Positions 44,605-54,029 of a stretch of DNA of 60,897 nucleotides are shown piece by piece. Position numbers and translations under genes: made by a program. Each line of letters begins with the position of its first letter. Position 1 is the first letter of the stretch. The stretch lies in IMG/VR virus record IMGVR_UViG_3300037756_000054, positions 1 to 60,897 of that record. The stretch is one strand, 5' to 3'. This stretch comes from a virus (Duplodnaviria > Caudoviricetes). The notes beneath the pieces were generated by a model, which had not been told where the DNA came from, searched no databases, and worked only from the letters and a program-made list of their open reading frames with translations.

Positions 44605-45923
44605 GTCACAGGCTCCACGCTGACTCGCCGGTCCGATGTGTTACCCGTCCCGGACGACACCATGTGCAGCAACTGCGTATTGTAGACACTGCCGGGGGTT
44701 AGGCCACTGAGGATGTGAGACTTACCGAAATCGAATCGCGCATCGAAACCTGTATCGCCGGTGCGCAGGTTACGGTCGAAACTAGCGTCCTCGATGATTG
44801 TGCCGGACCCGACCGTCGAGCCGGTACGCGTCCGCGGCGAGATACGCGCATTACCGGCACCGCCACCAGTGGTTTTGCGCAGCAGCGCCCCTGCGTAGCT
44901 GATACGGACCTGGCCGGACAGTGGAGCCGTCCACACCACCGAACACGATGCGTACGTGCCTGAGGTGAACGTCGTCCCAAACGACGTGTTGGTGAAGTCG
45001 TAATCGCCGTCCTGCCAGTTCTCCACAGTGGGAGTGTTCAGTGGGTTCAGGATTACCCAGCCAGAGCCGTCGAATATCTCAACAGCCCCAGTGTCCATAT
45101 TGTAGATGGTGAGGCCCGGGTACCGCCCGCCAGCCGCCGGATAGCTAGACGAATTCCTGACCGGAATAATCCCGCCCCGCGTTGCAGTAAACCGGGGGCC
45201 TGTCTGGATAGACGGTGCCGGGGAGCCACCGGCAGGTACCAGGATCGCCGCCAAACGCTCAGAATTCAACGTCAGTGTTGGGGCAGAAGGGGAACCAGCA
45301 GGAGTACCGGTCACATAGACGACACGGCCGCGCTTTTCAGTCGAAGCGTCCTCGTCGTCGTCTTGGACTTGAAGATCCAAAGCATCGATACGTGGGTTCG
45401 TCCCATCAGCAGGAACAAGGTTCCCCGTCTCAGCTTCATGAGCTACTGGGTACGGACCGGCAGCATGCCCGACCACGGCAACGAGGTCGATGACTGTCCA
45501 CTGGGTTGCCGTGACCGTGACATGGTCGTTCGCACCGGCTTGCGGGAACACGCCAGGCCGTGCAGAAAACCCACCGGTGACATCGCCGCGCCCCAACAAG
45601 CCAGAGAACGCCTGCCGCAGACCTTTAGCCGGATATAGGGGGACGGGCAGATAGACGTCGGCTCCACCATCGGCAGTGAAATCCATGACGACCCCGCCAG
45701 GCGACGCCGACACCTGGAACGTATCGACTGTCGAGTTCCGCACGAAATACGGTGCACCCTCCACCAGGATCGCCCCGCCACCGGTCAACGCCTGGACCCG
45801 CACCTCCGTCAGATCAGATAGACCATGACCGACAGCGGTGAGTTCGTCAGTCGCCGCGGCGATCGTCGCAGTATCGACGAGAGTCTGCGCCCCCGCGTTC
45901 GTCCACAAAACAGTGTTCGCCAT
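44601..45923 (-). CDS. minor tail protein
   Basis: PADGTNPRID...YVTGTP motif; synteny. Confidence 0.8.
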   Translation of the reverse strand: MANTVLWTNAGAQTLVDTATIAAATDELTAVGHGLSDLTEVRVQALTGGGAILVEGAPYFVRNSTVDTFQVSASPGGVVMDFTADGGADVYLPVPLYPAKGLRQAFSGLLGRGDVTGGFSARPGVFPQAGANDHVTVTATQWTVIDLVAVVGHAAGPYPVAHEAETGNLVPADGTNPRIDALDLQVQDDDEDASTEKRGRVVYVTGTPAGSPSAPTLTLNSERLAAILVPAGGSPAPSIQTGPRFTATRGGIIPVRNSSSYPAAGGRYPGLTIYNMDTGAVEIFDGSGWVILNPLNTPTVENWQDGDYDFTNTSFGTTFTSGTYASCSVVWTAPLSGQVRISYAGALLRKTTGGGAGNARISPRTRTGSTVGSGTIIEDASFDRNLRTGDTGFDARFDFGKSHILSGLTPGSVYNTQLLHMVSSGTGNTSDRRVSVEPVT

Positions 45924-45924
45924 G

Positions 45925-46788
45925 TCAGTACCAGACCGATCTGTGTCGGATAGTCAAAGAACCGTCCCCGAAATACCGGAGCCGGGTAGTCGATTTAGGA
46001 GGCAGCAGTGGCCACGGCCCGCCATCACTGGAGGTGTCACCCCGTACGGACGAAACCCCGTTGAGGAAGACTTTCTTGGCGGCTGTGTCCACGTCGAGCC
46101 ACTGCCCGGCCGCGATCGCGATGTTGAACCGCAACACCCTCAGCCCGTCAGCCCGTTGCAGGGCAACCCACGGGTTCGAGTCAGGCCCGTCGATGCGGAG
46201 CCGCAGCGGCGCATCAGCAGTACCCTCATTAACCAGGTCAGCGAACCCGCCGACCAGCCGAGCGTTGATACCCGTAGGCAGGCTGAACGACAGCGATAGC
46301 CCGCCAGTGGAGACGGGCCCCGTGATCGGGCCCGTAACGGTTTCCTCGGCGGAGTATTTGAACGGATCCAATGCCACGAAACCCAGCTGCACGAAACCCG
46401 TCCCGCCAGGAGCGGTGGACAGTTCAGGCTCACCCATCCTCGGCCGCCCAAACAGGACCCGTTCACGGCCGCCACGGTGATACCGCAGCTCGACCTCTTG
46501 AATGTCTTCACCGATCGGGCGGAACGCCGCAGCCAGTTCGTCGACGGCATCCCAAAATTCGGCCTCCGAGGGAGTGTCGATCATCAACCTGATCGGCACG
46601 ATCCGCTCGGCCAGCCATTCGGCACCCGAATAGGAGCCGTGCCCCCACGCCCTGGGGGCAGTACCAGTGGACCTGACATTCCACATGAGCGGGTTGAACT
46701 CGTGCGTCACCCGGTATACGGTCCCTGGCCTAGGAATACAGTCCATTACCACATCGCGGACTTGAATCTGCCCGTCCAGGAGCGCCAT
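45925..46788 (-). CDS. distal tail protein
   Basis: Follows the tape measure gene; FVALDPFKY, NEGTADAP motifs. Confidence 0.8.
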   Translation of the reverse strand: MALLDGQIQVRDVVMDCIPRPGTVYRVTHEFNPLMWNVRSTGTAPRAWGHGSYSGAEWLAERIVPIRLMIDTPSEAEFWDAVDELAAAFRPIGEDIQEVELRYHRGGRERVLFGRPRMGEPELSTAPGGTGFVQLGFVALDPFKYSAEETVTGPITGPVSTGGLSLSFSLPTGINARLVGGFADLVNEGTADAPLRLRIDGPDSNPWVALQRADGLRVLRFNIAIAAGQWLDVDTAAKKVFLNGVSSVRGDTSSDGGPWPLLPPKSTTRLRYFGDGSLTIRHRSVWY

Positions 46789-49415
46789 TACGTGGCCCCA
46801 CTGAACACGGCGTGCCACATCAGATCGTCCTCGACCTGCCGCATCGAGAACTGGTCACTGAACGCCGAAATGTTGAGGTTCTCGATGTTGAACGACCGCC
46901 CGCCCCCACCGTCGAGTGTGGGGTTTGCTCCGGCGTTGATCGCCTGCAACAACGGCAAATGCCGCCGTGCAGCGGACTCGCGGACAACGAACTCGTTGTT
47001 GGTCAACCGGGACAAAACAGTGTCGACACCCGGTGGGCCACCAGTCACCAAACCACCGGTCTGGTTCCGCGATAGATCGTTCCATCCAGGACCGGACTGT
47101 GAGCCCCGGGTCGTATACGTCGTCACGATATCCACCGGGTACGTCCCCTTAAGATCGTTCAGGACATCGATGTAGGCTTCGACCTCTTCGGCGGTCAACC
47201 CCAGTTGTTCGGCGTTGTCTTGCAGGAACGCGATCTGCTCATCAATGACATCAGTCGCAGCCTCGTTGCTGAGCGTGGCCGCGTACGTCTCGGACGCCAT
47301 ATCGGCTATCGAGCCGGTCAAGTCCTCCATGTTGCGGCGGTTCTCACGCGCCGCCTCAGAGTTCCCAGTCAACGCGCCACCGTTCTCCAACGCCGCGTCC
47401 GTGGTCGCCTTGATCTGCTCCTGTAGAGCGTCCTCAGCCTGCGTCAACCCGAAAGCACGGTCAAGAACCGCGCTAACCGCCTGATCCAGTTCGTTCAGCG
47501 CTTCGGAGCCGTCACGGGCCTGCTCGCTAGTCAAACCCAGCGAATCAGCCAAAGCTGATTCGGCGCCAGTCAGCTCGATCGCTTCAGCCTTGGTTTCCCC
47601 CATCGCTTCTTTCTCGCGGTCGAACGCGGCGGCTCCGGCTTCTGCTGTATCGCCGACGACGCCAAGAGCTGCCTCAAGCCGGGTTGCCGCTTCCGCAAGC
47701 TCGAGCTGCTCCTCGGTCATGTCCCCGGTCTCAAGGCCGTCGTAGGCGCTCTTGGCGTCGTTGACGGCGGCCTGTATCTCCTCCATCGCGGCCTCGTTTC
47801 CCAAAGCCGCGTCGGTCAACTGTTCCAAGCCGATACCGAGCTTCTGCGCGTTCTCCAGCGCGCCCTTCTCTTCCAGAGTGTGAGCCACCAGAGCTCGGGT
47901 GTTGGTGGTGATAGCGCCCGTCTGGTCGTCCAGAGTGTCAGCGAACTCTTTCGCCGCCGCAGCAGCTGTCGCCTGCTGGGTCGCCCAAATACCGAGTCCG
48001 ACGGCGGCGATCCCCAACGCCGCACCGACAGGTCCCATAAGGATTGACGACATTTTGGACAAGGCCCCACGGGCTGCGCCAGCAACAGGGCCCGAAATTT
48101 GTGCCAACGCGGTATTGAACGCGGCGATTTTCGGGACCGCTATCAACGCGGCCCCACCCACGACACCAACAACAACAGCAAGCGACGCCAACACCACCAG
48201 GAGCGTTTGGACCGGCCCCGGCAGCGACCCCAGGACATCAGCCAAGCCACCCAGGAACGCCGCGACCTCACCAACAATCGGGAGTAGCACTTCGCCCATG
48301 GAGATCGCCAAATCGACGACCCTGTTCTTCGCGATCGCCATTTGCGCTTCAGTCGTCTGGTACCGTTTCTCGGCTTCCTCCATGAGGGCCTTGTTCTCGT
48401 CCCACGCTTTATTCCCGGTATGCAGGGACGACGTGAGGAGGTCCCCGGCGCCAGCCAGACGCAGCAGGGCATCCCGGACCCGGATCTCGCTCAAACCGAG
48501 ATCCTCCAGGGTGGCGAACACGTCCTGGCCGCCAGATTGCATCCGCCCCAACCCAGTCACGAACATGTTGATCGCACCGGCAGCGTCATCCCGGTACGCG
48601 GTAGCGAAATCTTCAGCGGTCACACCCGCAACCGCGGCGAACTTGTCGAGTTCCTCACCGCCACCACGGACAGCCTGTTCAATGTCGACAAACACTTTCG
48701 AGATCGCCGACCCGCCGGCCTCGGCCTCCACACCAGCACTCGACAAGGCTGCGGCGTAGGCCAGTACTTGATCTTCGGACAGGCCAATGGTTTTCCCGGC
48801 ACCGGCGATCCGCATCGCCATCTCCAGGATCTCCGCCTCAGTGGTGGCAGAGTTGTTACCCAAGCCCACCAGGGCCGACCCCAGGCGGGACACTTGAGCC
48901 GGGGCGGTGCCCATAATGTTCATGAACCTTGCTAGTGCGGTCGCGGCGTCCCCAGCGGACAGGTTCGTGGTCGCGCCAAGATCAAGCATTGTTCTGGTGA
49001 ACGCGGTAATGTCTTGCCGTTTGATACCCAACTGGCCAGCGGCTTCGGCGACCCCGGCGATCTCTTCGTGAGTCGCTGGGAGAACCCCCGTCAAATCGCG
49101 TAGGGACTGCTCCAGGGCGGCCATCTGTTCGGGTGACCCGTCGACAGTTTTAGTGACCCCGGTCCACGCTGATTCCCAATCGATGGCGGCTTTCACCGCC
49201 AAGCCCAGCCCGACACCGATAGCGGCACCAGCAGCCAACATGCCAGTACCTACAGAGGTCATCGCGGAATCGACGCGGGCCTGCTGGGCCTCCAGTTTCC
49301 GTAGCTCACGGTCGAAACCCCTTGTGGATTTCCCGGCCTCTTCCAGGCCCCGCTTGAACCCAGCAGGGTCGGCATTCATCCGGTAGATCAAATCGCGGCG
49401 AGACTCACCAGGCAT
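46788..49415 (-). CDS. tape measure protein
   Basis: 875 aa, Ala-rich; WESAWTGVTKTV and AAGQLG TP901-type core. Confidence 0.93.
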   Translation of the reverse strand: MPGESRRDLIYRMNADPAGFKRGLEEAGKSTRGFDRELRKLEAQQARVDSAMTSVGTGMLAAGAAIGVGLGLAVKAAIDWESAWTGVTKTVDGSPEQMAALEQSLRDLTGVLPATHEEIAGVAEAAGQLGIKRQDITAFTRTMLDLGATTNLSAGDAATALARFMNIMGTAPAQVSRLGSALVGLGNNSATTEAEILEMAMRIAGAGKTIGLSEDQVLAYAAALSSAGVEAEAGGSAISKVFVDIEQAVRGGGEELDKFAAVAGVTAEDFATAYRDDAAGAINMFVTGLGRMQSGGQDVFATLEDLGLSEIRVRDALLRLAGAGDLLTSSLHTGNKAWDENKALMEEAEKRYQTTEAQMAIAKNRVVDLAISMGEVLLPIVGEVAAFLGGLADVLGSLPGPVQTLLVVLASLAVVVGVVGGAALIAVPKIAAFNTALAQISGPVAGAARGALSKMSSILMGPVGAALGIAAVGLGIWATQQATAAAAAKEFADTLDDQTGAITTNTRALVAHTLEEKGALENAQKLGIGLEQLTDAALGNEAAMEEIQAAVNDAKSAYDGLETGDMTEEQLELAEAATRLEAALGVVGDTAEAGAAAFDREKEAMGETKAEAIELTGAESALADSLGLTSEQARDGSEALNELDQAVSAVLDRAFGLTQAEDALQEQIKATTDAALENGGALTGNSEAARENRRNMEDLTGSIADMASETYAATLSNEAATDVIDEQIAFLQDNAEQLGLTAEEVEAYIDVLNDLKGTYPVDIVTTYTTRGSQSGPGWNDLSRNQTGGLVTGGPPGVDTVLSRLTNNEFVVRESAARRHLPLLQAINAGANPTLDGGGGRSFNIENLNISAFSDQFSMRQVEDDLMWHAVFSGAT

Positions 49416-49418
49416 GGC

Positions 49419-49739
49419 TCACCCCCGTCGAAGCGTGATGAACGTGCCCGGCATCGGATGCGTAGATTCGGAGTGTTTCTTTTGCGCCATCTGAATTTCG
49501 GCGCACCCCTGGCAGTGCCCCAGTTCGGCTTTATACGCGTCCCGGGAACCGCCCTTTTCGGGATCCCACTCCTCCGGCCGGGTTCCACATTTACAGACCC
49601 GTTTAGACCGCACATATTGGACGATCGCTTTATCGCGATCCGATTTAGACCACGCCAAGAATTGGGAGTGTGGTATCCGGTAGTGGTCTGCTACTTCAAG
49701 TTCTGTAGCAAAGACAGGATCTGCGTCGAGTCTTTTGGG
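49419..49739 (-). CDS. -1 frameshift extension of the tail assembly chaperone
   Basis: Slippery C CCA AAA at 49733-49739; the -1 frame is open to 49419. Confidence 0.8.
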   Translation of the reverse strand, partial: PKRLDADPVFATELEVADHYRIPHSQFLAWSKSDRDKAIVQYVRSKRVCKCGTRPEEWDPEKGGSRDAYKAELGHCQGCAEIQMAQKKHSESTHPMPGTFITLRRG

Positions 49740-50221
49740 AGCACCATCGGGTCGACCGACCTCGACTGTTCGTTGATCCGTACGGCTTCAACGAACAGTT
49801 CTTGCCGCTCGCCACTAGACATGTTGTTTAGAGCGTCCCGCCAATCGTCTGCGGTCATATCATCGTTGACGCACTCGGCTAGGAGGGCGGGCCGGAACGT
49901 GGCCGTGTTCCACACCGGAGGTGCTTCTTTTTTGGCTTGCGCTTCAGCGATTTCTTTCGCCTCCGGGCGGTGTGCCTCGATCAGCGCCTCATAGTCATCC
50001 GCCAGCAGAGCCGTCAGGACGATCTCCTCGTAACAGGCTTCCAGAACCCGTTGAGCGGTCTTGACTTTCTTGTCAGCCGTTTTCTGTTTATCGCCGCTGG
50101 CACGGCGGGCCGCACGCTCAGCGGCCTGAAGTTTTCCCCGCGCCTCAGCGGGATCGGTGATCTGCAACCGGTACGTCGCTTGTGCCCGCTGGCGCTTCGC
50201 CAGGCGGTCCTTCAGGCTCAT
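49691..50221 (-). CDS. tail assembly chaperone
   Basis: Between major tail and tape measure genes; carries the slippery site. Confidence 0.85.
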   Translation of the reverse strand: MSLKDRLAKRQRAQATYRLQITDPAEARGKLQAAERAARRASGDKQKTADKKVKTAQRVLEACYEEIVLTALLADDYEALIEAHRPEAKEIAEAQAKKEAPPVWNTATFRPALLAECVNDDMTADDWRDALNNMSSGERQELFVEAVRINEQSRSVDPMVLPKDSTQILSLLQNLK

Positions 50222-50706
50222 GCGGCCGGGATCGTGACGTTCTCGGCAGGAACCCGAGTGATCGAAAACTGGATAGTCACCATCGTCGCATTGCTGCCCG
50301 TGTAGTCGATCGGTTTGGAGACAGACCGGACCCGGACAGGGAACACATCCATCAACTGGCCAGGAATGTTGCCGCCGTGGAAAACCACGACATACGCGGC
50401 GTCGCCGCGTTCAATCACGGTCCGGACATCATCGGTGTCACGGGACGCGTAGAACGCGATCGACGCGTCACCTGGGTTGATGCGGCCGGGGATTTGCGCG
50501 GTGTACAAAGTCCCGCCGTCAGGGACCGCCACGTTGTCTGCGGCGACCTCGAACCCTTCCGCGGTGGACACTTCGGAGGTGATATCGACGCCAGCGTCCA
50601 GCTCAGCGAACAGCGGAGCCGTATAGTCGGTCATGGACACGACCCAGTAGTGCTTCGCCGTTTCGGGCGCGACATACCGGTCCGTTGTGTTCAGTGTGGT
50701 CACCAT
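50218..50706 (-). CDS. major tail protein
   Basis: Synteny; ELDAGVDIT...DVFPV. Confidence 0.85.
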   Translation of the reverse strand: MVTTLNTTDRYVAPETAKHYWVVSMTDYTAPLFAELDAGVDITSEVSTAEGFEVAADNVAVPDGGTLYTAQIPGRINPGDASIAFYASRDTDDVRTVIERGDAAYVVVFHGGNIPGQLMDVFPVRVRSVSKPIDYTGSNATMVTIQFSITRVPAENVTIPAA

Positions 50707-50873
50707 CAGTGGGTCTCCTCAGACGGGCGGCGTCGCCGCTTAATCGGTTTCTTGGGTTCCGGTTCGACATCGCTGGGACGCCAACCGGCGGCGATCCACG
50801 TCGCCATAGCCCGGCGCCGGACCGTCATGGTCCGGCCGGGAAGATTCGGGTTCTCCAAAGTCACGGTGTTCAT
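50706..50873 (-). CDS. 55-aa virion-region protein (not in ORF track)
   Basis: Overlaps both neighbours; WIAAGW motif. Confidence 0.55.
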   Translation of the reverse strand: MNTVTLENPNLPGRTMTVRRRAMATWIAAGWRPSDVEPEPKKPIKRRRRPSEETH

Positions 50874-51187
50874 GCCACGACCTCGAACGTCACGGTCGTG
50901 ACCGCCGACCAGGTCATGTGGACCAGGTTGTCGGTTTTGTCGCGGTAGATTTCGGTCGCCGCGACGTACTTGGTCGCGGCATTAGCGATCGTGACGACCC
51001 GGTCCGCAACAGCCAGATCACCATCCACGGTTTGCGGGGTGACCAGCGTCAACGTGATCGGGGAGGCACTACCGTTGCTGACCCGCAGGATCGCGCCGGG
51101 GCGTACCTGGTCTCCACCGGCCGCCGCATTGTTTACGGTAGCGGTGATACCACTCGATGTGACACGTTCAATGTCTACAATAGCCAT
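50870..51187 (-). CDS. putative virion protein
   Basis: Beta-rich; AGGAG SD. Confidence 0.7.
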   Translation of the reverse strand: MAIVDIERVTSSGITATVNNAAAGGDQVRPGAILRVSNGSASPITLTLVTPQTVDGDLAVADRVVTIANAATKYVAATEIYRDKTDNLVHMTWSAVTTVTFEVVA

Positions 51188-51199
51188 ACTGTGTTCTCC

Positions 51200-51622
51200 T
51201 TATCGGAATCCCGCTGCCTCAGCAGCTATACGAACCGCCTCATCGCACGCCTTGGCGAACGTTTCTTGGTGCTGCCTGACAGCCGGGCGAATGAACGGGC
51301 GGGTCTGCTCGACCACCCACCCGCCCCGGCCAAAAACGGGGTGCCGGAACGTTTTCCCGTTCACCCCGAACTCGTAGAGCCGCGCATGGGGCACAGATTT
51401 CGATACCCGAATCACGACACCAGGGCGGCGTAGGGACCTACTGGACTGGGCTTTGATCGCCTGCGGGATACGAGACGACCACGACGCATTACGTTTCGCG
51501 GATTCGACAATGGGGCGAGCTGCCTGCCGCATCTCGCGGTTCATGTGGCGAGGAATATCGCCCTTCAGTTTGTTGATGTCGTTGATGAGTTTCCGTACGT
51601 CAGCCGAACCAGTCCCCGCCAC
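51200..51622 (-). CDS. HK97 gp10-like neck protein
   Basis: PHARLYEFG...RHPVFG...RPFIRPA. Confidence 0.8.
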   Translation of the reverse strand: MAGTGSADVRKLINDINKLKGDIPRHMNREMRQAARPIVESAKRNASWSSRIPQAIKAQSSRSLRRPGVVIRVSKSVPHARLYEFGVNGKTFRHPVFGRGGWVVEQTRPFIRPAVRQHQETFAKACDEAVRIAAEAAGFR

Positions 51623-51722
51623 GACTCACCCCCCGTACATGCCCCGGACGAAAGCGGTATCGTGGAGTCACCTTTCAGCGACACATCAACCGGCAGGTGT
51701 GGCCATCCCTACGGAGACACCA

Positions 51723-52037
51723 ATGCCCGAAACCCCCGACGAACCTCTGACCGGCACCTGGATGCATCGAGCTGGCACTCGCGTTGAAGTCTCGAAGGAC
51801 AACGGAACCTGGTATTCACAAGCGTTCATGTCTCGCCACGGCGGGACAGGCAGCGAACGCACAGTCCACACTGATCCTGTCGAGCTACGGCAGCGACTGG
51901 CCAACCTGGAAACTCAGGGATACGTCAAACAAGTCATTGGACAACCGGAACCCGGACCGTTGCCGGGCCAAACCATTGGCGTGATCATGATTGCTATCGC
52001 GATCCTGGTGGTGTTCGTGCTGATCGCGGCCAGCTAA
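51723..52037 (+). CDS. opposite-strand moron membrane protein
   Basis: GGAG SD; C-terminal TM; fills the gap between neck genes. Confidence 0.65.
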   Translation: MPETPDEPLTGTWMHRAGTRVEVSKDNGTWYSQAFMSRHGGTGSERTVHTDPVELRQRLANLETQGYVKQVIGQPEPGPLPGQTIGVIMIAIAILVVFVLIAAS

Positions 52038-52483
52038 CGGTCGAACGCGTTAACGAACACCCCGAACCGCAGCGACGCGGCCATCCCCGTCTCAGTGGGA
52101 TACGCCGAATAATCAATAATGTCCATGTAGGCGCGCATGACGCCTAGCGAGATCGGGTGCTCGGCTTTCAACTGGTCCACCAACGTTTTATATGTAGCGA
52201 ACACCAACACACGGAGGGTCTTCGTGTCACTGTCGCCAGAGCTGGCGGCCAGCAGACAATTCACGCGGTACGTTTCCCGCCGGTCACCGACCCCACCTTC
52301 AAGATCGATATCGGCTTCAACAACAGCCCCAGTCTCGGACCATCCAACAATGATCCCCAGGTCTGTCCCGTTCTCGGCGACCTCAATAAGACCCGATACG
52401 GGTCCGTCATCAACGCGGGCATCCGGCGCAGCGGTGCCAAAAATCGTGACCAGCCGATCCAGGACTGCGGGGATAGTGCTCAT
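52034..52483 (-). CDS. tail terminator-like protein
   Basis: Synteny and size. Confidence 0.65.
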   Translation of the reverse strand: MSTIPAVLDRLVTIFGTAAPDARVDDGPVSGLIEVAENGTDLGIIVGWSETGAVVEADIDLEGGVGDRRETYRVNCLLAASSGDSDTKTLRVLVFATYKTLVDQLKAEHPISLGVMRAYMDIIDYSAYPTETGMAASLRFGVFVNAFDR

Positions 52484-53286
52484 CCGACCACCGGCACCAT
52501 GTCGGACTCCAACAATTCCACAGCCCGCCGAGGGATCGAATAGAACCGGCCTTTATGGTCTGCAACACTCATCGTGTCCTCCGCGTACGCTGTCGCTGGC
52601 CTCCGGGAATCCTGAGGCCGTTGGGTGTCCCACATGTGCTGGACAATGATTTTCGCGGCCTGCACCCACGCCGACGGGATCTCGATATGCCCCGCCGTAT
52701 ACGTGATCGACAAACGCCCCCGGAACCAACCCGAGCCCATCCGGACGATCCCCACCTCATCGACATCCACTGAACCCACATCGATCGAACCACCCGCCGT
52801 GTACTCGATAGACGTGATCTCTTGGACCGGGTAATGCCGCAGCGGGATCATCGGGCCACGCACGTCATGCGTCTCGGTGTGACTCCTGGATACGACCGTG
52901 CGAACCCGGTACTCGATCACCGAAGTCGCGGCCTCAATGAAACTCCTGAGCTGCTCGTCGGAACCAGTGTTGGTGATCCGCAAATGAGTTTTCGTGTCAG
53001 CCAAAGAGATGATCTGATGCAGCTCCGACGTACGGACATCGAACACATCCCTATATGCCGTCTGCGGATCCGTCGTCGACAGGACAAACGAATGCCGGCC
53101 CGCCTGCGTCGTCGGGAAATCGACAACCATGACACCGGCCACTTCCGGCGGCAACGTGACTGCGGGTGTCTCGGTGGTGCCGTCCGGGAGCGTCACCGTC
53201 AACACGGCAGCACCCGGGTCGGTCAAAACCCCGTCAAGGGTTTTGACCTCCACCCGGATCCTGAAAACGTCACCCAGGTCGATCAT
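52480..53286 (-). CDS. head-tail adaptor with N-terminal beta domain
   Basis: ISLADTKTHL...FIEAAT...TYTAG...WDTQR. Confidence 0.8.
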   Translation of the reverse strand: MIDLGDVFRIRVEVKTLDGVLTDPGAAVLTVTLPDGTTETPAVTLPPEVAGVMVVDFPTTQAGRHSFVLSTTDPQTAYRDVFDVRTSELHQIISLADTKTHLRITNTGSDEQLRSFIEAATSVIEYRVRTVVSRSHTETHDVRGPMIPLRHYPVQEITSIEYTAGGSIDVGSVDVDEVGIVRMGSGWFRGRLSITYTAGHIEIPSAWVQAAKIIVQHMWDTQRPQDSRRPATAYAEDTMSVADHKGRFYSIPRRAVELLESDMVPVVG

Positions 53287-53699
53287 TAGCTGCGCGGAAT
53301 CGGGGTACGGCGGGCACCAGACAACACCAGGACAGCGCCATAAACGCCACCGGTGGCAGGCGCACCCGTCACGGTGACGACCGCCCGCAGATACCGTTGA
53401 TGACCGGTATACCCGAGCTCGAACAGCGCCTCATCGTTGGCTGAAGTGACACTGATCGCCGACCCCTGAAGGAACCCGGCGGCAACGTCAGTCCAATCCG
53501 AATTGTTCGGAGAGTCCTGAAGTTTAAACGCATGCGTCCCATCAGTGACCGTCCCGACGTTGACAGCCAGCATCGCCGACCGGAACGCCGACAGTTCATT
53601 GGACATCCGGTCGACGGTTGTTCCGTTGGCGGTTGCCGCACGCAACGCCGGCGCGAGTGTCGCCTTGGCGATACTGGAATTGTAGACAGACGTTCTCAC
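53286..53699 (-). CDS. putative head decoration protein
   Basis: LQDS...WTDV...YTG..RYLR; near the capsid gene. Confidence 0.6.
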   Translation of the reverse strand: MRTSVYNSSIAKATLAPALRAATANGTTVDRMSNELSAFRSAMLAVNVGTVTDGTHAFKLQDSPNNSDWTDVAAGFLQGSAISVTSANDEALFELGYTGHQRYLRAVVTVTGAPATGGVYGAVLVLSGARRTPIPRS

Positions 53700-53977
53700 T
53701 GCGACACCTCAGTTTCGACGGGCTCCACCTTGCGGGTGGGTTTGCGTTTCTTCGGTTCCGGCAGTGCACGTTTCTCGCCCGGAACCGCGGTGGCTTCCTC
53801 AATAGTCCGGTCGATGTAGTCCTGCGCGGGCTCGAAGTACTTCTCGTTGCGGAGCAGATCTTGATGGTTTTTCACTCGCGGGTCGTTACCGGAGATCAGT
53901 TCGCCAGTGCGCACCACCCGGTTGGTTCCCGCAACACCAACCACGAACGACAGTTTGCACCGGTAGGTCTTAGCCAT
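53696..53977 (-). CDS. head-region hypothetical protein
   Basis: EEATAVPGEKR motif; AAGGA SD. Confidence 0.65.
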   Translation of the reverse strand: MAKTYRCKLSFVVGVAGTNRVVRTGELISGNDPRVKNHQDLLRNEKYFEPAQDYIDRTIEEATAVPGEKRALPEPKKRKPTRKVEPVETEVSQ

Positions 53978-54029
53978 TGGTTTTTCCTTCGGTGGCGGCC
54001 GGAGGCATAAAGCCTCCGGCCTAAATGGA

